64,000 bases of DNA, taken from the NCBI GenBank assembly GCA_963823665.1, contig CAWGMQ010000005.1, positions 1,152,001-1,216,000 of the forward strand. Direction: 5' to 3'. The notes beneath the pieces are model-generated. The model was not told the DNA's origin, ran no database searches, and worked only from the letters and a program-made list of their open reading frames with translations. Below are positions 45,294-55,564 of this stretch, piece by piece (position 1 is the first letter of the stretch; the number at the start of each line of letters is the position of its first letter). The position numbers and the translations under genes were made by a program. The DNA is from an uncultured Planctomycetota bacterium. GTDB lineage: Bacteria > Planctomycetota > Planctomycetia > Isosphaerales > Isosphaeraceae.

Positions 45294-45991
45294 AGCTGTG
45301 GCGAGTCGACCAAATGAAGATTCAGAAACTCACGAGACCGGCCTCATCCGGGGGAAACTCACGGCACGGTTGCCACGTAGCGACCGCCACGGGGCACAGC
45401 GCCCCGGTAATAGGTCACACCAACCGAAGTCGCACGAACACAACAGACACCGCACCCGACTCGATGGATCGAATTAATCAGGTCGAAGTCGCACTAAAGT
45501 GACATCCACTGTTTGCAAAAGCATGAAGACACACAAAATAACCAGGGAAAGGACGGTTGTAAATACACTGGTCAAAATGGACTATCTGTACAAAGTAGTG
45601 AGCTTTTGAGGGATTCGTGATCCCGGCAAAATATGGCGGTGGCTTGGAAGATCGGTTTTGGGAAAAGCTTTCGCGGATCGGTCAAATTTGCTAGCAACAA
45701 TTGCGCCAAGCGCTATCCCATGTTTGAGGTTGCGCATCGTGACTCATCACGCCGCAAACTCCGAATTCTCAATCGGTCGCTACATTAACGGCATCCGCCC
45801 GCTGAACCAGCAGCGAGAGCGCAGCGACGGAAGTACGCGCGATGTCGCAGGCTTGAGCCGTCGTGCTGCACCGGTGCACTATCTTGGGATATACTGGCGC
45901 CAGGTCCGATCCGCGCTGGACACCACGAACTGTTCATCATCGCTTGCGGCCGGTAGCTGATTCCAACGACCCGATTCAAGGAGCATCGATC

Positions 45992-46690
45992 ATGTCCGGT
46001 GCGAAGGGCGTCAAGCCGCGGCCCGGCCGTTTGCTCATGGGCTTGCCGCCCGACACGCGTGTTGTCATCGCCGACGTCACGTGGAACGACTACGCGCGGC
46101 TCGTGGATGCGGTCGCCGAGGGCGAGAACTGCCGCGTCGCCTATGACGGGAAGGATGTCGAACTCATGAACGTCGGCCCCGTTCACGATTCGTACAGTGA
46201 GATCCTGGGGTTATTCGTTAACCTGGTTGCCGAAGAGCTCCAGATCGATCTGAGAGGAGCGCGATCGACGACGTGGAGGCGCAGGAAATTGAATCGGGGA
46301 ATCGAGGCCGATCTATCGTACTTCGTTGACGCCGCGAAAGTGGCTGCTTTTGATGCTGCGCTCGCGAGGCGGTCTGGGAAAATCAAAGATTACCCCAATC
46401 CGGACCTGGCTGCTGAAGTCGATATCTCACGTCCGAAGATTGATCGCCAGGGGATCTATGCTGCGCTTCAGGTCTCCGAGGTCTGGCGTGTTTTCGAGGA
46501 GCACGTGTCGATCGAGCAACTCCAATCTGACGGGAAGTACCTGGCGGCTGTCAGCAGCCGGTTCCTCCGTGTCACGCCTGACGACGTGGAGCGCTGGGTC
46601 TTGCGCGAAGGTGCCCGAGGTAGTGTGACGTGGAAGCAACGATTGCGCGAATGGGTACGGAATGAGCTCCGTTCCAGGACGGCCCTGTAG
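45992..46690 (+). CDS. Uma2 family (PD-(D/E)XK) endonuclease-like protein
   Basis: DVTWNDY, RVAYDG, GIEADLSY, PDLAAEVD, IYAALQVSEVW; aaggag RBS. Confidence 0.85.
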   Translation: MSGAKGVKPRPGRLLMGLPPDTRVVIADVTWNDYARLVDAVAEGENCRVAYDGKDVELMNVGPVHDSYSEILGLFVNLVAEELQIDLRGARSTTWRRRKLNRGIEADLSYFVDAAKVAAFDAALARRSGKIKDYPNPDLAAEVDISRPKIDRQGIYAALQVSEVWRVFEEHVSIEQLQSDGKYLAAVSSRFLRVTPDDVERWVLREGARGSVTWKQRLREWVRNELRSRTAL

Positions 46691-46703
46691 GGCTTGTTCT
46701 CCT

Positions 46704-46967
46704 TTATGCTTCCTCGTCTTCCTTGATTGCTCGGTCGATCTCTTCAGCGTGCGTCCGGTAATAGGACCAAGCGACCGTCAAGTCGGCCTCGGTCAAGTCC
46801 GGGTGGTGTTCTCGGATCTGCGCATCGGACAACCCCAGCCGGCGCCACGCAACGAGACCCGCGACCGTGTGCCGCGTATTTCGAATGCATGGCTCGCCAC
46901 CACACACCTCGGAAGCCGATTGAATCCAGCTTTCTGTGCTAACCGGAGTCGGTTACATCGTGTTCAT
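46704..46967 (-). pseudogene. DUF433 protein with an early in-frame stop
   Basis: ggag-ATG AAC ACG ATG TAA...EVCGGEPCIRNTR...EEIDRAI. Confidence 0.65.
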
Positions 46968-47063
46968 GACTCCAACGACAGGGAGAATGAGTCGCTCTCG
47001 CTCGAGCGGCGGCAAGAGGCCCTACTGCAAAGTATCGCCGTCACGAGCGTGATGTCAAACAGG

Positions 47064-49367
47064 CTACGCCCGGTCCTGGCTCGCAACAGCCCTGGACTCG
47101 ACCCGAAGATGGCACCACCGCCTCCACATTTCACGGTAAGCGGCTTCGACCGATCGGGCGAAGCGCGGCGCATCCGAGAGTGGAGAGGCCTGCAAACGAT
47201 CTCGAAGGGTCGCACGAAGCGCACCGAGACGCGGCACATCGCCGGCCAGGGCGACCGCGATGCTCACGAATTGGTCCGATGTCTCGGCAACCAGTTCCGG
47301 CAGACCGACGTTGGTTAACAAAGAGAGTCCCGCTCGTGCGACTGGCGTATCGCCCACGAGAGTGACGACCGGAACGCCTTGCCAGAATCCGTCGAGGCTG
47401 GTGGTGTGTCCGTTATACGGGAAGGTGTCGAGGCCGATGTCGATGCGATGGTAGAGCTCCAGATACCGCGGGCGAGGCTGCCTGGGGACGAAGGTCACCC
47501 TATCGCGGCTTATGCCTTCCCGTTCCAGCAAATCCAAGGTACGCCGGCGCACCGAGCCCCCAGGGGCCAGGAGCAACAGCCGCGAGCCGTCGACGGCCGT
47601 GAGGACCTGAGCCCAAAGCTTCAGGACCGAATCATTCACCTTGCAGAAGTTGTTGAGGCAGCCGAACGTGATGCAGCCGTTCTCCACCGCTGGCAAGGCG
47701 CTGACCGCCGGTTCCCCGGCGAGCGGATCGTAGCACCAGAAGGCGTCGGGAAGGCGGATCGATTCCTCCGAGTAGTCCTGATCGTGAAGCCCCGGAGGAT
47801 CGATGAAGGGGTCAGTGAGGCGGTAGTCAATGGTCGAAAGGCCGGTGGTGCCTGGATAGGCAAGCCAGCAGACTTGAACAGGCGCCGGCTTGCGGGCGAA
47901 GACCAGCAGACGATTCCCGGCCATGTGCATACCAAGGTCGACGAGAATGTCGATCCCGTCCTGGCGGACGAGCGCGGCGACCTGCTCGTCGGAAAGACCG
48001 GCGATGCTCCGCCAGACATCGGCAAGAGAACGGAGCCGCGCGGTGATCTCGTCAGGACGAGCGACATCTGCATAGCAGTATATCTCGAAGTTCTCGTGAT
48101 CATGTACGGAGAGAAGGGGCACCATGAAGAACGACTGGGCATGGTCGCGAAAGTCCGGCGAAACATAGCCGATTCGCAGCCGGCGCTGGGAAGAGCCGTC
48201 GTTCAAATGCGGTTGAATGACGCGTGCGAGTGGCTCGGCGAACCGCCGGCTCCAATGCCGGTGTTCCTCCAAGATCGCTCGCGCGTCAAAGCCGGAGCAG
48301 AAGATCAGAGTGTAGAGCAGGTTGCTGTGCGCCGTATGAACGTCTGACTCGAGCTCCATGGCCCGCCGGAACGAGGCAACCGCTTCGTTCAAGGCCCCCT
48401 GATCCTTGAGCGCATTGCCCAGGTTGTTGTGCGCCTCCGCGTACGTAGGGTCCCGTCTCAGTGCTTGCCGATACCACGCCACCGCTTCGTCCAGGTTCCC
48501 GCGCTCCTGCCAGAGGAGCCCCAGGTTGTAGTGCGCCAGGGCGTAGTCGGGCTTCAGTTGCAGCGCCCGCTGATAGCATGCCACAGCTTCGTCCAGCTCG
48601 TCTCGATCCTTGTGAGTATTACCGAGGTTGTTGTGCGCCTCCGCGTAGTCGGGCTTCAATCGCAGCGCTCGCTCATAGCATGCCGCGGCTTCGTCCGGCT
48701 TGCCCTGACCCATCAAAACATTACCCAGGTTGTTGTGCGCCTCCGCGTGGTCGGGTTTCAGTTCCAGTGCTCGCTGATAACACGCCGCGGCTTCGTCCGG
48801 CTCGCCCTGACCCATCAAAACATTACCCAGGTTGTTGTGCGCCTCCGTGTAGTCGGGTTTCAGTTCCAGCGCTCGCTGATAACACGCCGCGGCTTCGTCC
48901 GTCTTACCCTGACGCATGAAAACATTACCCAGGTTGTTGTGTGCCTCGGCGTAGCCAGGTTTAAGTTGCAGCGCTCGCTGATAACACGCCACGGCTTGAT
49001 CGAGATCCCCATGGTCGCGCCAGGCGAGCCCCAAGTTGTTGTGCATCTCGGCGTAGTCGGGCTTCAGTTGCACCGCTCGCTGATAACACGCAATGGCCTC
49101 GTCGAGCTTTCCCAGGTCCGTGCAGGCGTTTCCCAGGTTGAAGTGCGCCTCGGCCCAGTCGGGTCTGAGCGCGAGAGCACGCCCGATGCACTCGACTCCG
49201 GCTTGAGTATTGCCGACATGACAAGCGATGAGCCCCAGCAGGTGCCACGCATCCGGGTGAAGAGGGTCAGTGGCAAGAATCTGCCTGTAGATCGCCTCCG
49301 CCTCGCGCAATCGGCCCTCCCGTTGATGCTCAATAGCGATGGCCAGGGCCTCGGCAATCGTAGGCAT
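47064..49367 (-). CDS. TPR-repeat O-GlcNAc transferase-like (GT41/SPINDLY-like) protein
   Basis: About 10 TPRs; RLRIGYVSPDFRDHA, DILVDL, KPAPVQ, LAYPGTTG, FGCLNNFCK, LDTFPYNGHTT; probable start MPTIAEAL. Confidence 0.9.
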   Translation of the reverse strand: MPTIAEALAIAIEHQREGRLREAEAIYRQILATDPLHPDAWHLLGLIACHVGNTQAGVECIGRALALRPDWAEAHFNLGNACTDLGKLDEAIACYQRAVQLKPDYAEMHNNLGLAWRDHGDLDQAVACYQRALQLKPGYAEAHNNLGNVFMRQGKTDEAAACYQRALELKPDYTEAHNNLGNVLMGQGEPDEAAACYQRALELKPDHAEAHNNLGNVLMGQGKPDEAAACYERALRLKPDYAEAHNNLGNTHKDRDELDEAVACYQRALQLKPDYALAHYNLGLLWQERGNLDEAVAWYRQALRRDPTYAEAHNNLGNALKDQGALNEAVASFRRAMELESDVHTAHSNLLYTLIFCSGFDARAILEEHRHWSRRFAEPLARVIQPHLNDGSSQRRLRIGYVSPDFRDHAQSFFMVPLLSVHDHENFEIYCYADVARPDEITARLRSLADVWRSIAGLSDEQVAALVRQDGIDILVDLGMHMAGNRLLVFARKPAPVQVCWLAYPGTTGLSTIDYRLTDPFIDPPGLHDQDYSEESIRLPDAFWCYDPLAGEPAVSALPAVENGCITFGCLNNFCKVNDSVLKLWAQVLTAVDGSRLLLLAPGGSVRRRTLDLLEREGISRDRVTFVPRQPRPRYLELYHRIDIGLDTFPYNGHTTSLDGFWQGVPVVTLVGDTPVARAGLSLLTNVGLPELVAETSDQFVSIAVALAGDVPRLGALRATLRDRLQASPLSDAPRFARSVEAAYREMWRRWCHLRVESRAVASQDRA
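48600..48980 (-). repeat. Near-identical 102-bp tandem TPR units
   Basis: Repeated cccatcaaaacattacccaggttgttgtgcgcctcc block at a 102-bp period. Confidence 0.8.
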
Positions 49368-49713
49368 GGTTACCGTACCACCAATGAAAGCAAGCACATG
49401 GAAAGCAAGAACATGCATTGTATTCCTGACAGACACCCGCGGTTCAGGTACCTTCCGTCGATCGATCACCCAGGGAGTTCCACCCATGACGACGCCCCGC
49501 GAGCATCTCGTCAACCCCATCGAAACTCCGGCGATTCGTACGTGTGCATTACTATATACTAATATAATTTTAAAATTCGTGTATTTTCTTGGTTTCAATC
49601 GATACAATGCAATTCTGAAGGTGAGCCTCGCTACCGTCGACGGCGATTCAGCACCTTGCCGGATCACGGCGGGTGGTGAAAAGCAAACGGCGGCGGCCGC
49701 AAAGGGGTATGCG

Positions 49714-50196
49714 ATGTGGAAACATCACGCGGGACGAATGGACTTCCACGAGCCGCTCTTTCAGCTCCTGGAGCGCGGGTGGCGATTCCAGGAATTCGGC
49801 CCGACCGCCGGCGCTCGGGAGGGTGGTTGCTGGGCCGTAACCGGGTTTCACCGATGGGCGCGGGTGCGGGTCGACCGCCTCGAACGAAGGGATGCGTGGG
49901 CCGCGGCCGTGCGTCTGGCACTGAAGGCCGCCATCAAGCGCAGGCCCTTCCTGACTGCGCCTACCACCGGCACCAGGCGGAGCTCGCCGGACGATCCAAC
50001 GGTCTTTGACGAGGAGCAAATGCGGCTCAGGGCGATGGGATGGTCGTTCTCCGAGCACCAGACGGCCCAGGAGAGTGGCCGGGTGGGATGGGTGGTGAGC
50101 GGAACTCGGCGTGGGCGGAGAATTCGAGCCCTGGACGACGATCGCTCCGACGCGTGGGGTACGGCCCTGATCCTGGCGGGCGTGACGTCCACGTAG
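49714..50196 (+). CDS. Hypothetical protein built from two copies of a ~55-aa Trp-rich domain
   Basis: LLERGWRF..WAVTG..DAWAAAV and LRAMGWSF..WVVSG..DAWGTAL. Confidence 0.55.
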   Translation: MWKHHAGRMDFHEPLFQLLERGWRFQEFGPTAGAREGGCWAVTGFHRWARVRVDRLERRDAWAAAVRLALKAAIKRRPFLTAPTTGTRRSSPDDPTVFDEEQMRLRAMGWSFSEHQTAQESGRVGWVVSGTRRGRRIRALDDDRSDAWGTALILAGVTST

Positions 50197-50246
50197 GCCT
50201 TCCCGTACGTGGATCGATGTCACAGGTAGCGCGAATCGACACCGAG

Positions 50247-51461
50247 CTAGAGATTGGAGGCGGTTTTGACCGCTACGTTAGCACGCTCGCCGGTAGAACC
50301 GACCAGTGTCCTGCGCTCGGTCGACGCAACCTCGACAAAGAGGTCAAGATACTCCCGGCCCACATTTGGCCAGAACATGGGCTTGGCGTAGTCGTAAGCC
50401 TTTCGCTGCGTCTCCAGCCGAAGGGCGGTGTCGCTCAAGTAACGGACTGTCGCATCCGCCAGGGGAGCGCTCTGGGCAAAAGGGACGATCTGGCCCCGAC
50501 CTTCTGCCAGGACTTCCTCGGCATAGAGGTAGGGTGTGCTCACAATGGCCCGTCCGGCCGCCATCGCGTAAGCCAGAGTGCCGCTGGCGATCTGGTCCTT
50601 GCCCGGATAGGGGGTGACGTACACGTCGCACGCTTGCAAGTAGACCATGAGCTCAGACAGCTCGAGATACTGGTTTACAAACCGGACGTGCGCCCCGACA
50701 CCAAGTGCTTCGGCCATCGCGACCAGGCTCTTCCTGTAGATCTCCCCTTCCTGGCGTTTGACCTCGGGGTGGGTCACGCCGACGATGATGTAAATGGCCT
50801 TGGGACACGAGGCCACGATTCGCGGCATGGCCTGGATCATGTATTCCAGCCCCTTACCCCGATTGATCAGTCCGAATGTGCAGATCAGGCGTTCACCCCG
50901 CAATCCGAGCCGCTTCTTGCTGGTCTCACCGCTTTCAAACGCGACTTCGGGTACTCCGTGCGGAATCACGCGCACACGGTCCGTCGGAATCTGATACACG
51001 CCCGCCAGAAGCCGCGCGGTGCGCTTGGTCATGACCACAATGCCTCGGCTTTGGGCCGCTAAACTTCGGATCAGGTGCCTGGGCAAGGGCGCAGGCTCTG
51101 TCATCAACGTGTGAAACGTCGTGATGATGGGCTTGCGGCAAGCGCGCACGAAGTCCAGCACACCCCTTCCCCACTCACCGGGATAAAGACCGAATTCATG
51201 CTGCAAGCTCACGAGGTCGCAAGAGCTTTGATTGGCCATTTGAGCGGCCAATCGGTAGGCATCTTTACCCTGGTTCCCTATGACGTGGACAACTCGAGGG
51301 TCTCGGTAATGACACGCATTGATCTTGTCGATCGCGATCACCGACGACACGCCCCCCGTCGCCGCCTTGTCGACCGCATCGGCTGAATCCTTGGTAAAAG
51401 TGGCGAGCCCACATTCCGCGGGCGGATAGGTCGAAACAAACAGAGGACGTGCAGCCTGCAA
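50247..51461 (-). CDS. Glycosyltransferase family 4
   Basis: [43 protein letters not shown]; ggaggt RBS before TTG. Confidence 0.9.
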   Translation of the reverse strand: MQAARPLFVSTYPPAECGLATFTKDSADAVDKAATGGVSSVIAIDKINACHYRDPRVVHVIGNQGKDAYRLAAQMANQSSCDLVSLQHEFGLYPGEWGRGVLDFVRACRKPIITTFHTLMTEPAPLPRHLIRSLAAQSRGIVVMTKRTARLLAGVYQIPTDRVRVIPHGVPEVAFESGETSKKRLGLRGERLICTFGLINRGKGLEYMIQAMPRIVASCPKAIYIIVGVTHPEVKRQEGEIYRKSLVAMAEALGVGAHVRFVNQYLELSELMVYLQACDVYVTPYPGKDQIASGTLAYAMAAGRAIVSTPYLYAEEVLAEGRGQIVPFAQSAPLADATVRYLSDTALRLETQRKAYDYAKPMFWPNVGREYLDLFVEVASTERRTLVGSTGERANVAVKTASNL

Positions 51462-51592
51462 TCACCACCTCCAGATTTTTTCACTGCTGTCGTCAACGTC
51501 GAAGTCCTACACGCATAAGCCACCCATGCGACGGATTGGCAAAGAGGCTCCCCTCACTCCGACCGGACGTCCGCGGTCCCTTCTTGCGCCAC

Positions 51593-51811
51593 CTATGACG
51601 CGGGATTCCGCAGCGTCCCGTCCGCTCCGTTGCTCTCGTGGATTCGTTCCCAGACCTCGGAGCGATGGACAGGGACAGAGGCGTCAGCCTCGAAGCCCAG
51701 TCGTACGCTCCCATTCTTGATCTCGAGTACGGTCACTTTGAGCATTTGCTTAAAGAGGCCAGACCCACCCACCACGACCGATTCCATACTCTTCCTCGTA
51801 AGGACTAACAT
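51593..51811 (-). CDS. csrA: Carbon storage regulator CsrA/RsmA family RNA-binding protein
   Basis: MLVLTRK..ESVVVG..VTVLEI..VRLGFEA...VHRSEV. Confidence 0.88.
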   Translation of the reverse strand: MLVLTRKSMESVVVGGSGLFKQMLKVTVLEIKNGSVRLGFEADASVPVHRSEVWERIHESNGADGTLRNPAS

Positions 51812-51984
51812 CGTTGTGCTCCTTCCTCATGATCGATCGATCGTTCCACTTCCGCTCCAGGCGTCCGCGGGTATGCCATGCGCAAGCAGAAACACCTGCA
51901 CCATCGCACCCGCCGTGCATACGTTGAATCGGCTTGTTCCATCGGTTCGTCTCGAGTCATCGTGGTCATCCCTCGCCAGCGCAA

Positions 51985-52036
51985 CAAAAAAGCCGGCGTG
52001 GTCAAACACCCAGAGGTGTTCGACCACGCCGGCTTA
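51985..52036 (-). terminator. Intrinsic terminator: 20-bp stem followed by a U tract
   Basis: aagccggcgtggtcgaacac-ctctgg-gtgtttgaccacgccggctt then tttt on the minus strand. Confidence 0.75.
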
Positions 52037-52100
52037 CTCGTCAACGAGCCTCCTGGCAAAGCCAGGTTGCCCTTTACCTAGTCGTCCGGAGACGTCAATT
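51985..52100 (-). ncRNA. Candidate structured RNA (sRNA or attenuator leader) upstream of csrA
   Basis: Four consecutive hairpins: cgtc-UCCG-gacg, cctggc-ttt-gccagg, ctcg-ttga-cgag, and the terminator. Confidence 0.45.
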
Positions 52101-52224
52101 CATCAGATTGATAGGAACTGCCTGCTCGTTTGCACAGGCATGCCAAGCGGGCTCATTGTCCGATACCAGAGCATAAATAGCAAGGGATAAGGTTTTATTG
52201 TTCGTACGATGATGGTCAGATAAC

Positions 52225-52467
52225 TCACGCACAAACCTTGCGTTCAATATACGAGACGATTTTACGCGGCGTCGCCCATTCCTCGCGATCAAGTTCCGCA
52301 GGCGAGATCTCCAGGCCGAACTCCGACGAGAACGCGACGATCAACTCCACCGTCTTGAGTGAATCGAGGATCTGGAGGTCGAACAGACGAACGTCGGGTT
52401 CGTGCCGTACATCCTCGATCTCGGACACGCCGGCAAGTACGTCCAGCACGCGATCAGAAATCGTCAT
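52225..52467 (-). CDS. dltC: D-alanyl carrier protein
   Basis: LFDLQILDSLKTVELIV (phosphopantetheine Ser), ISPAELDREEWATPRKI; operon context. Confidence 0.9.
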   Translation of the reverse strand: MTISDRVLDVLAGVSEIEDVRHEPDVRLFDLQILDSLKTVELIVAFSSEFGLEISPAELDREEWATPRKIVSYIERKVCA

Positions 52468-52554
52468 CGCAAGAAAACCTCCAGAAAGTCGTTCGCCAAT
52501 CCATCAGCAGTGGAGCGGGACCACCGCTCGCAAGGGAAACTTCGCCTGCGGACC

Positions 52555-53922
52555 CTACTCCACCCGGACTGGCAGATCCGGCCGGGCGACCTCCCGCGGC
52601 TGATTCTTGATGCTCGGGACATCACCCCACTCGTGAAGAGGGACAAATCCGGGCGCAGCCACTTCGGTCGCCGGCGAAACGGGGCGCGCCGGCTCCCACG
52701 TGGGACCGATCCTTCCCGAGAAGAGGAGGAAGCCCAGGCACACCAGATGGAACGTGACCAGGGTCCCTGCTGCTCGCCAGAGCGGCCCGTTCCCCCACAC
52801 CCGCCGTGGTTTGTTCCAGCGGGTGAAGAGATCATGCCCCGCCGAGAGCGTTCCGTGGTACAGACCATAAAGCAGGTAATAGGGCTCAATTCCGTGCCAG
52901 AGCCCCATCAGCCCGAAGGTGAGAAAGAAGCCCAGGTACGAGGCCGTGTGCCGGCCGGTGAACCAGCGGCCCTTGGTAGCGGCCAACACAAATCTCATGT
53001 ACACATGATCGCGGAACCAGGTGGAGAGACTGATGTGCCAGCGGTTCCAGAAGTCCTTGATATTGCCGGCCAGGAACGGGCGGTTGAAGTTCTCGGGTGT
53101 GTGAATCCCCAGCAGGTAGCTCGCCCCAACGGCGAAAGCGCTGTAGCCGGCGAAATCGAAGAAGAGGTAGAGACTGTAGCCGTACATGTATGACAAGGTG
53201 CTGAGAATTCCTCCGGGGGCGATCCGGTCGATCCAGTAGCGCTCTATGAGCGCCGCCAGGATGAACTTGTACAGGAAGCCGGTGAAAACGCGATGAACGG
53301 CCCCATCCAGGTCCGTCCAGAACTCCCCGGGGAGCCTGGGGCGCTTCCAGTCCTGACTGAACCGGCGGTAGCGGTCGATGGGGCCCGACGAGATCGCCGG
53401 GAAAAAGAAGAGGAAGGCAAAGAACTGTGTGGCGGGGAGCGAAACGATCGCGCGGTTCCGTATGCCGAAGATCACGTCCAGGCTGCGAAACGTCACGTAC
53501 GAGATCCCCAAGAACCCGACCACGGCGCCTGGGACAGCCAGCGGCAGGAATCGAGCCACGACCAGGGGGAACAAGGTCAACAAGAGCGCCGCGGGGAACG
53601 GCCAGTAGCGCGTCGTGAGCGTCCTCGTCCACAGGAAAGCCTGGGCCACGATCCACTGGAAGATCCCGCAGGCCAGCACCACCCAGATCACCCGGATCTC
53701 CGCCAGCCCGCCGGAGGCCGAAAACCCGCCGGTGGCCCCAGCGCCTTCGGGACTGGTGAGCGGCAGGAGGTGCGCGATCGCCCCGTACTGGACGATCAGC
53801 ATCGCCGCGGTGGCGAGCAAGACCCAGGCGCGCGAGAAGCCGAGCCACCGCCGGATCAGCAAGGTCGGCAGGGCGCTGTAAAGCAGAATGCCGAAATAGA
53901 GGAAATCCGCGTACGGGGTCAT
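52555..53922 (-). CDS. dltB: MBOAT-family D-alanyl transfer protein
   Basis: MTPY, FLGISYVTFRS, SSGPIDRYRRF, FDFAGYS, FWNRWHISLSTWFRD, MGLWHG. Confidence 0.93.
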   Translation of the reverse strand: MTPYADFLYFGILLYSALPTLLIRRWLGFSRAWVLLATAAMLIVQYGAIAHLLPLTSPEGAGATGGFSASGGLAEIRVIWVVLACGIFQWIVAQAFLWTRTLTTRYWPFPAALLLTLFPLVVARFLPLAVPGAVVGFLGISYVTFRSLDVIFGIRNRAIVSLPATQFFAFLFFFPAISSGPIDRYRRFSQDWKRPRLPGEFWTDLDGAVHRVFTGFLYKFILAALIERYWIDRIAPGGILSTLSYMYGYSLYLFFDFAGYSAFAVGASYLLGIHTPENFNRPFLAGNIKDFWNRWHISLSTWFRDHVYMRFVLAATKGRWFTGRHTASYLGFFLTFGLMGLWHGIEPYYLLYGLYHGTLSAGHDLFTRWNKPRRVWGNGPLWRAAGTLVTFHLVCLGFLLFSGRIGPTWEPARPVSPATEVAAPGFVPLHEWGDVPSIKNQPREVARPDLPVRVE

Positions 53923-55377
53923 GTGAGGGCCTCGGCCAACCTCCGTCGGTCTGCCTTACCGTTGGTGTTCATCGGAAAGCTCTCCAGAAACGAGAACCTC
54001 CGCGGGATCATGTACGCGGGCAGACGCTCGATCATCTTGCCTTTCAGCTCGCAGGCCATTTGGAAGTCTGACTGCGAGGGCTTCTCGTTCAGGATCACGA
54101 AGGCGGCGAGGGAATCGACTGCCCCCTGCTTGAGGACGGGTAGGACCACGGCATCGCGCACCCCCGTGAGGGCCCGCAAGTTTGCTTCCACATCCGCCAG
54201 CTCGATGCGGTAACCGTGCAGCTTGATCTGGTTATCGATCCGGCCCTCGAAGAAGAGCATGCCCTCGCGGTAGCGGCCCCAGTCGCCGGTTCGGTACGCC
54301 CGCTGACCGTTCACGTGAAAGAATGCGGTTCTCGTTTAACTCGGGCCGGTTCAGGTAGCCGGGGCTCACGTTGGGGCCGGCAATGATGATCTCCCCTCGC
54401 TCACCCTCCGGCAGCTCGCGCCGCTGCTCGTCCATCACCAGCACGCGGCTGCCCAGCATCGGATAACCGATTGGCAGCGGGGAGTACTTCAGGGCGATCT
54501 CGCGCGTGATCCGGATCGACGTGGTGGCGATGGTCGCCTCCGTGGGGCCGTAGGTGTTCCAGACCTCCGCAGCCGGGAACCGGTCCAGGAGCTGCGATGC
54601 GACTTCCGGGGCGAGCGTCTCGCCGCAAAACAGGAACCGCTTGAGCAAGGGCAGCATGCCCTGGTTGAACGTGGGCTCGACCAGGCACATCTGGGCGAAC
54701 GAAGGGGTCGACACCCAGGCCGTCAATTCAGAAGCAGCCAGGAGCTGATACATTTGCTTCGGGTTCGCCACATCCGCCTTGGTGACGCTCGTCACCGTCC
54801 CCCCCGTCACCAGGGCGGGGTACGTATCCATCAGGGAAACGTCGAACGAGTAGGGAACGACGTTCAGGAAAACCTCCCGCCCCTCCACGAACGCGTGCTC
54901 CGCGAGCATCCACCGCAGAAAACTCTGCAGGCAGCCGTAGGTGATGGGCACCCCTTTGGGCTCCCCGGTGCTGCCGGATGTAAACATGATGTAATAATGA
55001 TCGTCTATTCCGAGCCTGCATTGGGGAGCCTGCCCTCCTCCGGAAGAGAGATCGGCGACTTTCTCAGGCGTCAGGATGAGCGCGGCGCCGCTCGCGGCCG
55101 CGATACGCTCGATCCGCTGCGCGGGTAAGGCGGTGTCCACCGGCACATACGCACGCCCCGATTTGATGGCGCCCAGGTAGGCGATGATCAGTTCCGGCTC
55201 CTTGTGTCCCAGAACGACCACCGGCGCATTTTCCGGCAGCGAGGCGGCCAGATGGGCGGCCAGCGCGTCGGACCGGGAGCGCAATTCCCCATAGCTGAGG
55301 GTACGAGACTCGCTCTTGTAGGCCGGGTGGTCCGGGGTCATCCGGCCCCAGTGATCGATCCGCTCGATGATTTCCAC
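53919..55377 (-). CDS. dltA: D-alanine--carrier protein ligase; single frameshift near 54330
   Basis: FTSGSTGEPKG, YSFDVSLMD, WVSTPSF, FLFCGE, NTYGPTE, AYRTGD, QIKLHGYRIEL, NGKADR. Confidence 0.9.
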
Positions 55378-55387
55378 GAGTGGTCCC

Positions 55388-55564
55388 CTAGAAATTCTGG
55401 TAAATGAATGGGGGGGTGGAGAAGTTCCCTTGACCGTACAGCGCCGCCAGCGCCACCAGGATTCCGAGGTAGTAAATCGTCAGAGCAACGAACCTGAGCC
55501 ATGGTTGCGCCAACCGCTCTCTCCACAGGGCATGACGATTGTGGGCTCGCTCCACAAGATTCAT
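55388..55564 (-). CDS. dltX: DltX small membrane acyl-shuttle protein, 58 aa (not in ORF track)
   Basis: Manual translation: MNLVERAHNRHALWRERLAQPWLRFVALTIYYLGILVALAALYGQGNFSTPPFIYQNF*; ATGA overlap with the dltD stop; one TM and C-terminal FIYxxF. Confidence 0.85.
   Translation of the reverse strand: MNLVERAHNRHALWRERLAQPWLRFVALTIYYLGILVALAALYGQGNFSTPPFIYQNF

Noticed and set aside
42795..45477. Long plus-strand ORFs opposite real genes (also 1456..2373, 22213..23445, 34510..35820, 48429..49562)
   Set aside because: Antisense shadows of high-GC coding sequence with no recognisable domains.
52030..52075. Canonical c-di-GMP-I riboswitch
   Set aside because: Lacks the GNRA loop, the GGGACGCAAAGC junction and the tetraloop receptor; kept only as an unknown RNA candidate.
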